From the IMG/VR virus record IMGVR_UViG_3300023184_000086, positions 1-64,000 of that record: a stretch of 64,000 nt of DNA; one strand, written 5' to 3'. Origin of the DNA: a virus. Under the pieces are notes generated by a model that did no database searches, was not told the origin of the DNA, and saw only the letters and a list, made by a program, of their open reading frames with translations. Shown piece by piece: positions 1-7,870 of the stretch (within the stretch, counting starts at the first letter, position 1; each line of letters opens with the position of its first letter). Both the position numbers and the translations under genes were made by a program.

Positions 1-528
1 TATTTCATTTTGAAGGCGAGTACGTTCTTTCTGCTGGGACTTTCGCATAGCCACAGCTTTTTCGGCACCCGTTTCTGTTGTTGAGCGGCCCAGTACTTGG
101 TCCACTCCCTCATCCATCTGTTTAAGTGCCTTACGGTTTGCTTCAATATTCTCTTTCTCGGTTTTGATCTTTTCATCATATACAGCAATTTTACTTTGAA
201 CATCACCACTAACTAAATTTTGATCCATATGTGCTTTACTTAGGAATCCAAATATACCCATGCTGGTAATAATCATTAATACTACAATAGCAGCAAAGAG
301 ATATGTTTTAATTAGCAGTGGAGCAGTCTTCCAATTTTGTTTAAGCCATACTGTGGCTACTAATTTACTAATCTCTAATGTAGTTCCCATGATGATGATG
401 GGAACAACTGCGGCGGCAAAGATAGCAGTAAGCCCTACTACGCTATAGTAAACAGCCACCGCTGATATACTTAGACCGCTTAGTAGTGCAAGGTATGCTA
501 TAAATTTTTCATTTAATGTGGGTTTCAT
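1..528 (-). CDS. Membrane protein with three N-terminal TM helices and a coiled coil (runs off the window)
   Basis: Not in the ORF track because it is truncated; my translation from ATG 528 reads MKPTLNEKFIAYLALLSGLSISAVAVYYSVVGL...ITSMGIFGFLSKAH...DEKIKTEKENIE, open to position 1; TAAATA motif just upstream. Confidence 0.8.
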   Translation of the reverse strand, partial: MKPTLNEKFIAYLALLSGLSISAVAVYYSVVGLTAIFAAAVVPIIIMGTTLEISKLVATVWLKQNWKTAPLLIKTYLFAAIVVLMIITSMGIFGFLSKAHMDQNLVSGDVQSKIAVYDEKIKTEKENIEANRKALKQMDEGVDQVLGRSTTETGAEKAVAMRKSQQKERTRLQNEI

Positions 529-536
529 AAGAATAT

Positions 537-965
537 TTATAGTCGAGAATAGTCGGCAATCTCACAGCACATTTGAATAAATTCATCAACAGACATTTCT
601 CCTCTTGCCTTGTTAATTTGCTGGCTAACTACTTGTACATTCTTCATACTATATCCGTTGTTATTATCTATTCTATCTAAACTCGGCCCGTCTCTATGAT
701 TGATTTCTAGAACTAATTCTCTTCCTGATAATTGACAAGTTTTAGTTTCTTTAATTAATTTATGTACATCGTCTTCAGTTAGATTCCAATCATATCCTCG
801 ACTTAGTGCGCCGGCCTTTTGTTTAGAATATTTCATCTGAGCAAACTTAGTTGGATCTGAATTAGTCTGTTTAACTCGACGATCATATTTCTCGTCCATA
901 AGTTTTCGATATGCTATAGGATCTTCTTCTCTTAATTTTTTATACCAATCACCTGATTTAGACAT
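537..965 (-). CDS. Putative HNH/His-Me finger type endonuclease
   Basis: C-x2-(S)G...PSLDRIDNNNGYSMKNVQVV...N motif typical of phage HNH-like nucleases. Confidence 0.6.
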   Translation of the reverse strand: MSKSGDWYKKLREEDPIAYRKLMDEKYDRRVKQTNSDPTKFAQMKYSKQKAGALSRGYDWNLTEDDVHKLIKETKTCQLSGRELVLEINHRDGPSLDRIDNNNGYSMKNVQVVSQQINKARGEMSVDEFIQMCCEIADYSRL

Positions 966-966
966 A

Positions 967-1359
967 TTATCTCCTCATCTTAGAAATGTCAATTGCTTCT
1001 TCATCACTAAAAACAGGCACAGCATTGCTCTTATGCATAGTAGCAATGCCTTTAACTTTGGTGCCAGTATATACTTTAGCAGGTGCCAAGGTTGCTACCC
1101 CACCAACTGTATTAAGACTCGGTATATGTTTGGTATTAGTACGACCTACCGGTGTCTCAAGTTTATATACCAACGGCTCAGCAGCCATAGCACGTTTTCT
1201 TTTTCGTTCTTCTTGTTCAACGCCTTGTCGTTTAAGAAGTTCTTTCCATGCGAAATCAAGTTCACGAGCACGTTGAGCCTCGGCGGCATTACGGAATTTA
1301 ATCTTGCCTTTTTTCTTTCCAGTCGTGGTAAGGGCAGGCCCACATAGATGCATGGACAT
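967..1359 (-). CDS. Basic hypothetical phage protein
   Basis: 130-aa ORF coupled to neighbours; C-terminal KVYTG..KGIATMHKSNAVPVF motif familiar from large myovirus hypothetical proteins. Confidence 0.7.
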   Translation of the reverse strand: MSMHLCGPALTTTGKKKGKIKFRNAAEAQRARELDFAWKELLKRQGVEQEERKRKRAMAAEPLVYKLETPVGRTNTKHIPSLNTVGGVATLAPAKVYTGTKVKGIATMHKSNAVPVFSDEEAIDISKMRR

Positions 1360-1670
1360 TATGCTATCTCTTTATCAAAAATAATTGAATTAACAGATTC
1401 AAACGTAACTTGTAGTTTGCGAGGCATACCAGTCCAACGCAGAATTGTTCCATTGGGACTAATCTTAAGAGAACCAGCAACAACCCAGATTTGGTGCCCG
1501 CTGGGATCGATACCTGCTAGTTTACGAACCACACCATTGATCAAACCATTAGCAGTATCCTTGCCTCGATTCCAATGATAGGTAGTACCTTTGTTTGTCC
1601 AGATTTGGAAGTCTTTGGAATCGGATAAACAATATTGTTTTACGTTAAGTAGAGTAGTTTCAGCATTCAT
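1359..1670 (-). CDS. Hypothetical protein (early gene)
   Basis: AGGAGA RBS and consensus sigma70 promoter directly upstream. Confidence 0.75.
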   Translation of the reverse strand: MNAETTLLNVKQYCLSDSKDFQIWTNKGTTYHWNRGKDTANGLINGVVRKLAGIDPSGHQIWVVAGSLKISPNGTILRWTGMPRKLQVTFESVNSIIFDKEIA

Positions 1671-1692
1671 AAAGTTAATCTCCTATGCAATA

Positions 1693-1721
1693 ATTATAAC
1701 TACTTTTTACCAGTTTGTCAA
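1693..1721 (-). promoter_or_regulatory. Consensus sigma70 (early) promoter
   Basis: TTGACA-N17-TATAAT on minus strand. Confidence 0.85.
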
Positions 1722-1741
1722 TGTTAATTTTTACCAAAAGA

Positions 1742-1761
1742 AAAGGCCCCGAAGGGCCTTA
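1742..1761 (-). terminator. Intrinsic terminator after porin
   Basis: AAGGCCC-TTCG-GGGCCTT hairpin followed by T-run on minus strand. Confidence 0.85.
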
Positions 1762-1781
1762 CTTACAAATCTAATTTTGGA

Positions 1782-2669
1782 TTAGAAACTGTATTCTAGA
1801 CCAACGCCATAACGTGTGGTATCTGTGGCTGCTGTCTCTTTCAAGTAACGAGCCAATACTTTGGTATTTTTACCCAAAGTATAGTTAGCACCTACGTTGT
1901 AAGCGGTACGGTCACCATTTACACCATAACTAGCCATTGCGGATAGGGTTGGAGTTACAGTTTGAGTAATACCCATGCTCTTACCTTGACTGGTTACATT
2001 GGCTACTTTGTTGTCAGAGTATAGACCAAAAACTGTTGTACCTGTTTTAGCAAGTTCAAACTTAGCACCAACTGCATCGCTTACACTAGTTGTTCCGTTA
2101 TCGAAACGAGCATAAGTAACACCTAGAGGGCCAGTAGAATATACTAGGCTAAGAGATTGAGGATTTGGTGTTCCAGCAACTTCACTATTGGAAATTACAT
2201 AATTACCTGTAAGTCCTTGAACAAGTGTAGCAGATGCAAATACTGCATTGCTTAAACGTGCTCCATGATACGAATGGATAGCGGCTGCGCTAGAACCAAA
2301 CACATCTCCGCCCATAGCATCAAATGAATCCAATGATCTAGTTAGAGCAGTTTTGTCACGACCAAAACCAATTGATCCCATCTTGTGTGATAGGCCGACA
2401 ATAGCGTTACGATCACCAAGGGTGCTGGCTGCTGGAGCATCTACACCAACATTGGTTTCAACAATAGCAAATGCTGTTAAACCATTGCCGACAGCGTCGG
2501 ATGCTTTGAAACCAATACGACTTTTGTCATTGGTTAGAGATGTTACAGATGCTGCTGTGCCTACTGTAGAAGATTCTTCATAGACACGTGCCATTCCGTA
2601 AACGGATACATCAGCCTGGGCGAATCCCATAAGACCGATTAATAACGCAGAGATTGCGATTTTTTTCAT
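1782..2669 (-). CDS. Outer-membrane porin (Gram-negative/Burkholderiales type)
   Basis: Signal peptide ending AQA, N-terminal DVSVYG, SRIGFKA and R-x-A-x-VGL motifs, alternating beta strands, C-terminal GVGLEYSF beta-signal. Confidence 0.9.
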   Translation of the reverse strand: MKKIAISALLIGLMGFAQADVSVYGMARVYEESSTVGTAASVTSLTNDKSRIGFKASDAVGNGLTAFAIVETNVGVDAPAASTLGDRNAIVGLSHKMGSIGFGRDKTALTRSLDSFDAMGGDVFGSSAAAIHSYHGARLSNAVFASATLVQGLTGNYVISNSEVAGTPNPQSLSLVYSTGPLGVTYARFDNGTTSVSDAVGAKFELAKTGTTVFGLYSDNKVANVTSQGKSMGITQTVTPTLSAMASYGVNGDRTAYNVGANYTLGKNTKVLARYLKETAATDTTRYGVGLEYSF

Positions 2670-2712
2670 ATTAAATTTCCTTTTGTTTTATACAGTCTTA
2701 CGACCATACTAT

Positions 2713-2741
2713 ATTATATATCTCTTTTAGACAAAGGTCAA
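2713..2741 (-). promoter_or_regulatory. sigma70-like promoter for porin
   Basis: TTGACC-N17-TATAAT. Confidence 0.7.
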
Positions 2742-2751
2742 TATATTTCTT

Positions 2752-3393
2752 TTACTTGTTAGCCAAAGGATTATCGATTGCTTTTTGGATTTTTTGATCA
2801 ATTTCTTTCTTCAAAACTTCCACATCTTTGGTAACTTCCTTCTTCAACTGCTGAGTTTCAGCGTTGATCTCTCTACGTGCTTGAGCCATTTCGGTACGTA
2901 CAGCATTGGCCTCTGCACGGGCTTTGTCCAAATCTTCTCTAACACCTTTACGCATTTCACGCATTTCACCTTCGGAATCACGCTGTGCTGCTTTAACAAA
3001 CCGTTCAACTTGCTCAGTAACTGATTCGTTTCTGCGTAGATCACTTTTTAGATCATTTTTAATATCACGTGTATATCCATTTGCCTCTGTAACTGAATCT
3101 TCGGCCTTCTTAATCTTTTGGTCAAGTATGGATATACGCTTATCGAACTCAGTCAAGTCTGGTGCTGAATATTCGGATATCTTTTTCTTCATACCCACGT
3201 AGTCTTTATAAACTTCAAAGGCTCCATACAATCCACCAAGTAATGATGATACCAATGTAAATGCTACCATTAGTTTAGCAGGAGTAAATTCATATCCACC
3301 AATGCTGATCACTGTATCCTTGCTAGCGTACTGTTTTACTGCTGCTTCTGCTTCGTCAATCTTAGCATTGACGTCTTTAATTTGTTCTGTCAT
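2752..3393 (-). CDS. Single-TM coiled-coil membrane protein
   Basis: Hydrophobic segment LMVAFTLVSSLLGGLYGAF followed by long heptad-rich region. Confidence 0.8.
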   Translation of the reverse strand: MTEQIKDVNAKIDEAEAAVKQYASKDTVISIGGYEFTPAKLMVAFTLVSSLLGGLYGAFEVYKDYVGMKKKISEYSAPDLTEFDKRISILDQKIKKAEDSVTEANGYTRDIKNDLKSDLRRNESVTEQVERFVKAAQRDSEGEMREMRKGVREDLDKARAEANAVRTEMAQARREINAETQQLKKEVTKDVEVLKKEIDQKIQKAIDNPLANK

Positions 3394-3395
3394 TT

Positions 3396-5228
3396 TTATC
3401 TCCTGTATTGTAGGTCTATCATATCTTGATGTAACCTGTCGCTGCTTAATGATCGTAACGCACGAGCGTTATCGATTGTCTTTTGATTTCCGTATATATC
3501 TTTAGGTGGATAAAATATACCATCCTTCATTATTGTTGTTGCATATACATCAAACCCTTTTGGCTGTGCGGCTATTGCTGCAATATCTACACCACCTGCT
3601 AACTCATTTGGTTCTACATTCTTTTTAACTGTTTCAGTTTTTTGTTCAGTTTGATTTGTTTCTATATTAACTTTTGTTTCTACTATTTCAGTAACTGATG
3701 CACTACGTGATATTGAACTAGTAACAGGCATTACAGGCACATCAGGCTCGAGTGATTTAGTTTCTATTTTTGTTGTTTGTACAGGTGCAGTTTCTGCAAC
3801 AGGTTGTATAGATAATATCGAACTCAATTGTTGATTATTGTATGTAGGTCCCAATTGATTTCTATTTGCAGAATTAGCCGCCGTTAAAAAAGACGAATTT
3901 GAATTAGCGGGTGCTTGATAACTAATTTGATTGGTTTGCTGTGCGGTATTAACAGTGGTTGAATTCATTGATTGAGTTGAAGCAGTCATTAAACTTTGTA
4001 ATGATGTTGTTGTAGGACCTTGCAATTGAACTGCTGAAGTACTAGTTGGCTGTGCAGGTGGGGCAGACATCTGTGCAGTAGATGCAGTTTGAACCTGTGA
4101 TGCTTGACTGCTGGCCATGCTCATAGCATTTAGATTATCCACTGTGGCCATTGCTTGTTCTTGTGCCTTGGCACTACTTGTAGCAGCAACTTGATTGGCA
4201 TTTTGTACAGCCGCTGCCTGTGTGGCTTTATCTGCCGCTTGTATTTGTCCAATTAGATTCATAATCAAACTCATGTTAGGAGCAGACTTATTTGACTGCT
4301 GTTGAGATTGCACAGCACTTGATGCTGGCGGTTGTTGAATCTGTGTTGGTTGAGATTGCTGTGTTATTGCCTGTACATCCTTTAACACTTGTGGAACATT
4401 ATCAGGGGCAGTAATAACTCCAGTTGTTGATAACTGAACACCTCCTACATTTATTATAGGGGTACCAGATGATCCAGCATCATTAGTTGTTAAACCTGCT
4501 AGAGATATTCCAGACGGAACAACCACATTGGTTGATTTAATTAAATTGTTAAACCCAGGACATGTTGGGCTAGACGCCGGATTGGCTACACATGGATCTA
4601 CTCTATAGTTTAAACTAAAACTTACATTCATAATTTCTGGACCATAGTTACCAGCCCAAAAATTATTATCTTTACCTACAAACCCAAACTGTGCTGCGCC
4701 TAATTTATTAATATTATAAGGTTTGTCAAATGTTTCAGTAAAATTAAAATCACTCCAATTATATTTCCTATTGGTGTATTGTGTATAATCGTAATTTTCA
4801 ACAACCTTGCCAGCACTATTGTATATATTAACATATGCTGCAAGGTAGTCTTGTCTGCCGTCATCCCAGCCGTTACCATTCTTAGCACGGAAGCCAAAAT
4901 TAAACCCGCTTAGTTGAACTCCTGTACCTGCTGCTGCAAGAGCATTGTTTATATTAACCACTTGATTGAGATTTACATTACCATAAGAGAAATTAATACT
5001 TCCCGATTCCGCACGTATGCTAGGATTTGGGCCGCAGTTACCTGGCTCACCAGCATGAAAACATAACTGATTAACCAAGACACCATTGACCCAATTGCCC
5101 GTCGTGGCAGTAGGACTACCGGTAAAATTTACTAGGTTACCAGTAGTTGAATCTACTTGAGCATTAGAATAGTTTGAACACAAGAGCACCAAGCAAAGCG
5201 CCAATGCCCACTTTCTGATAAGTGTCAT
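3396..5228 (-). CDS. Exported protein with beta-sandwich-like N-domain and Q/S/T/A-rich stalk
   Basis: Signal-peptide-like N-terminus, Cys pairs (DPC...PTCPG), long low-complexity region; start overlaps upstream gene by 65 nt. Confidence 0.8.
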   Translation of the reverse strand: MTLIRKWALALCLVLLCSNYSNAQVDSTTGNLVNFTGSPTATTGNWVNGVLVNQLCFHAGEPGNCGPNPSIRAESGSINFSYGNVNLNQVVNINNALAAAGTGVQLSGFNFGFRAKNGNGWDDGRQDYLAAYVNIYNSAGKVVENYDYTQYTNRKYNWSDFNFTETFDKPYNINKLGAAQFGFVGKDNNFWAGNYGPEIMNVSFSLNYRVDPCVANPASSPTCPGFNNLIKSTNVVVPSGISLAGLTTNDAGSSGTPIINVGGVQLSTTGVITAPDNVPQVLKDVQAITQQSQPTQIQQPPASSAVQSQQQSNKSAPNMSLIMNLIGQIQAADKATQAAAVQNANQVAATSSAKAQEQAMATVDNLNAMSMASSQASQVQTASTAQMSAPPAQPTSTSAVQLQGPTTTSLQSLMTASTQSMNSTTVNTAQQTNQISYQAPANSNSSFLTAANSANRNQLGPTYNNQQLSSILSIQPVAETAPVQTTKIETKSLEPDVPVMPVTSSISRSASVTEIVETKVNIETNQTEQKTETVKKNVEPNELAGGVDIAAIAAQPKGFDVYATTIMKDGIFYPPKDIYGNQKTIDNARALRSLSSDRLHQDMIDLQYRR

Positions 5229-6420
5229 CTATTTTTACCTCATCCATTTTAGGAATTTGATCTTTATTTTCATTCCACGCCGCACGGGCTGCTTCACCAA
5301 TTTTGCCATCATATGGGCAAGGTGTTCCTGCTGCCAACATAGCATCAAACACTCTACGGTCTTGGCACATGGTAGCAACTGCTGCTACTTTCATACCCAT
5401 ATCATATAATGTTTTGCTTAGTTTTAGTCGTTCGCAATTCATGTCACGTACAGTACCACCGCTACTAACACCAAATATCTGTGTTTGTACGCTGCCACTT
5501 GTACCGGTACTACATAGGTCAGCATTGCCGCCACTCATCATTGTTGGAGCAACTGCGGTTGGTGGTGGTTGAATAATACGCTGTGTAATCTCAGTGGTAT
5601 TGATGTTACGATTAGTCATATCACCTGTATTGACATTGTTGTTTTGATTAACATTGTTGTTTTTGTTTTCACTGGTACTTGTGTTAGTATTGGTATTTTT
5701 GTTGTCGCTAGTGGATGTATTATTGTTATTGTTGGTCATTGTACCAGTATTAACATTGTTGTTATTGTTGGTCATCGTGCCGCTATTAACATTATTGTTT
5801 GTATTAACATTAGTAGAAGTACTAGTATTGGCATTAACATTGTTGTTGTTATTAGTCATTGTACCGCTGTTTATGTTATTATTGGTATTGACATTAGTAG
5901 CAGTGCTAGTATTGGAATTTTGATTAATGTTGGTCATTGTACCACTATTAATGTTATTGTTTGTATTAACATTGGTATTAGCACTAGTGTTTTGATTAAT
6001 GTTGGTCATTGTACCACTATTAATGTTATTGTTTGTATTAACATTAGTGCTGCTACTAGTATTCTGATTGATGTTGGTCATTGAGCCTGTATTAACATTA
6101 TTATTGTTATAGGTCATTGTGCCGGTATTAACATTGTTGTTATTATTGGTCATTGTGCCAGTATTAACATTGTTGTTATTATTGGTCATTGTGCCAGTAT
6201 TAACATTGTTGTTATTATTGGTATTGACACTTGTACTGCCAACAGTAGTTTGATTAATATTGGTTATTGTACCACTATTAACATTGTTGGTATTGACTGT
6301 GCTAGTGCTAGTAGATGTGTTGTTAGTATCTACTAGTGTTTTGCTATCATATGTAGTTTGCGCCCAAACCATACACATAAAAAACATGGCCGCTAGCCAT
6401 GATAGAACTTTCTTGAACAT
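5164..6420 (-). CDS. Exported Asn/Thr-rich repeat protein with Cys-containing C-domain and C-terminal TM anchor
   Basis: Signal peptide ending VWA; about ten NNN(V/I)N(T/S)G(T/S)MT repeats; domain DLC..G.SG.VQTQ..G.S.G....D.NCERLKL...MCQD.RV..AM..AGTPCP; C-terminal hydrophobic tail. Confidence 0.85.
   Translation of the reverse strand: MFKKVLSWLAAMFFMCMVWAQTTYDSKTLVDTNNTSTSTSTVNTNNVNSGTITNINQTTVGSTSVNTNNNNNVNTGTMTNNNNNVNTGTMTNNNNNVNTGTMTYNNNNVNTGSMTNINQNTSSSTNVNTNNNINSGTMTNINQNTSANTNVNTNNNINSGTMTNINQNSNTSTATNVNTNNNINSGTMTNNNNNVNANTSTSTNVNTNNNVNSGTMTNNNNNVNTGTMTNNNNNTSTSDNKNTNTNTSTSENKNNNVNQNNNVNTGDMTNRNINTTEITQRIIQPPPTAVAPTMMSGGNADLCSTGTSGSVQTQIFGVSSGGTVRDMNCERLKLSKTLYDMGMKVAAVATMCQDRRVFDAMLAAGTPCPYDGKIGEAARAAWNENKDQIPKMDEVKIDDTYQKVGIGALLGALVFKLF
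5600..6290 (-). repeat. Coding tandem repeats (36-nt / 12-aa units and longer variants)
   Basis: Recurrent ggtcattgt(g/a)cc(a/g)...ttaa(c/t)(a/g)tt units on the plus strand. Confidence 0.9.
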
Positions 6421-6492
6421 TGTATATAACCCCCGTTATGATATATTTACTTAGGGGTTTGCTACAATTAACCTAGTAGATTACAAATAATA

Positions 6493-6511
6493 AACCCGCA
6501 CTAGGCGGGTT
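6493..6511 (-). terminator. Intrinsic terminator
   Basis: AACCCGC-N5-GCGGGTT hairpin followed by T-rich tract on minus strand. Confidence 0.7.
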
Positions 6512-6758
6512 CATTATTTTTTTGATATAGTCTCATAGCCTTTGCTCGGGCTAGTGCTAACCTAACTATAACATAATCGGACAATTCATCTTCATCATGA
6601 TGACATTTATCATCACATGTTATTAGAGTTGGACGACGATATGCAACATGAAAATCAACGTCGTCATATTCATCGTCGTCGTCGTCATCTATTTCGGATG
6701 GATTACTTCTTTGCAGGCTCAGCAGTTTTTGCTTCGACCTTGGCAGCAGGTGCTTCAC
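6501..6758 (-). CDS. Acidic hypothetical protein, start uncertain
   Basis: Poly-Asp stretch and helical C-terminus; only candidate start is a GTG inside the upstream gene. Confidence 0.4.
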   Translation of the reverse strand: MKHLLPRSKQKLLSLQRSNPSEIDDDDDDEYDDVDFHVAYRRPTLITCDDKCHHDEDELSDYVIVRLALARAKAMRLYQKNNEPA

Positions 6759-6939
6759 TTTTGACAGGCGTTGCCTTTGCCTCTACCTTGCAAGTTTTGT
6801 CTTTAGCAGGATCACACTTTGCTGGAGCAGCAGCGGCACTAGCAGCAGGTGCCGGAGCAGGTGTAGCAGTCTTAGCAGGCTCAGTAGCGAAAGCAGCGGT
6901 TGCTACCAAAGTAGCGATAAGAGTAGCGATTGTTTTCAT
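6703..6939 (-). CDS. Small periplasmic Ala/Pro/Lys-rich protein
   Basis: Signal peptide MKTIATLIATLVATAAFA, AAGGAA RBS, one Cys pair, disordered mature part. Confidence 0.85.
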   Translation of the reverse strand: MKTIATLIATLVATAAFATEPAKTATPAPAPAASAAAAPAKCDPAKDKTCKVEAKATPVKSEAPAAKVEAKTAEPAKK

Positions 6940-7131
6940 TTGAAGTTTCCTTTAAAGTTAATGAAATTTATGCTTGACATTATCAACTCGACGACATGGA
7001 ACACTACGTCTTTCATCACAATTGGATAATCTCCAATCATAACTAGTAGGCAAATATTGTTCCAAAAACGGTTCGGTTTTATCCTTTTCCGGTTTATCGT
7101 AGTCAAGTTGTTTTTTGTCTTGCATATATAT

Positions 7132-7161
7132 ATAACGCGGTAGCAAGACAAAAAGTTTACA
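7132..7161 (-). promoter_or_regulatory. Possible ECF-sigma promoter inside an inverted repeat
   Basis: TGTAAAC-N17-CGTT (AAC/CGT pattern of ECF promoters). Confidence 0.4.
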
Positions 7162-7172
7162 ATATTTCTAAA

Positions 7173-7307
7173 TTAAATATCCATTTCTTCGTAATCTGCT
7201 TTACCTACACCGCATTCCGGGCAAGCAAAATCATCATGTAACTCTTCCCATTTTCCTTCAGTTTCTTCATTGTGTACATGGCCACATACTACGCAAACGT
7301 GTTTCAT
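7173..7307 (-). CDS. Rubredoxin (44 aa)
   Basis: Below track cutoff; MKHVCVVCGHVHNEETEGKWEELHDDFACPECGVGKADYEEMDI with two CxxCG knuckles; TAATG overlap with rubrerythrin stop. Confidence 0.93.
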   Translation of the reverse strand: MKHVCVVCGHVHNEETEGKWEELHDDFACPECGVGKADYEEMDI

Positions 7308-7756
7308 TATAGTTTCTCCAATACTGCTTGATATGCTTGAGCGTGACGTTTTTCAACACTCTTCAAAGCCGCAAAACGCTTTTCTGCTTTGGCAAGAACT
7401 TGTGCAAATTGTTTTGCATGTTCTTTACTTTCGGCAATTTGTTCTTTTGCTTCTTCTTCTGCTCTCCAATTTTTTTCAACTGTAGCATCTGCTAGCATAT
7501 TTGGATACATTGTGGTAAATTCAAATGTTTCACCTTCAATGGCTTTTTCCAAACATTCCTTAGTTGATGGTTTGCCAATAAGCAATTCCAAATGACCCCA
7601 CGCATGTAATAGTTCTTGATCTGCGGTATGTTCGAAATGTTTTGCAATATCTTCATGCCCTTCTTCTCGAGCAATCTTTGCAAAGTAGCGATATTTAATA
7701 TGTGCTTGGCTTTCTCCTGCCAATGCACTTTCCAAGTTTCTAACGGTAATTGACAT
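7307..7756 (-). CDS. Rubrerythrin family di-iron protein (short form, no fused rubredoxin domain)
   Basis: NL..A.AGESQAH.KY, ExxH motifs (QELLH, ESKEH, VEKRH), GETFEFTTMYP. Confidence 0.92.
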   Translation of the reverse strand: MSITVRNLESALAGESQAHIKYRYFAKIAREEGHEDIAKHFEHTADQELLHAWGHLELLIGKPSTKECLEKAIEGETFEFTTMYPNMLADATVEKNWRAEEEAKEQIAESKEHAKQFAQVLAKAEKRFAALKSVEKRHAQAYQAVLEKL

Positions 7757-7809
7757 CTTTTCTCCTTGTGTGTGATTGTCTTACAATGTTAATTGTACAT
7801 TTATTTACT

Positions 7810-7866
7810 ATAGTAATCAACTATAAAATGATATTTTTCAATTGTAAATTCCTATTACAATAATAG
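7810..7866. promoter_or_regulatory. OxyR-like operator upstream of rubrerythrin-rubredoxin
   Basis: ATAG-N7-CTAT (7810-7824), then ATTG-N7-CTAT-N7-ATAG (7841-7866). Confidence 0.6.
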
Positions 7867-7870
7867 GCAA

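Noticed and set aside
6958-7151. ORFs 6936-7151 and 6958-7146
   Set aside because: No RBS, starts overlap the putative promoter, no recognisable motif; more likely an untranslated leader, though a short CDS is not excluded
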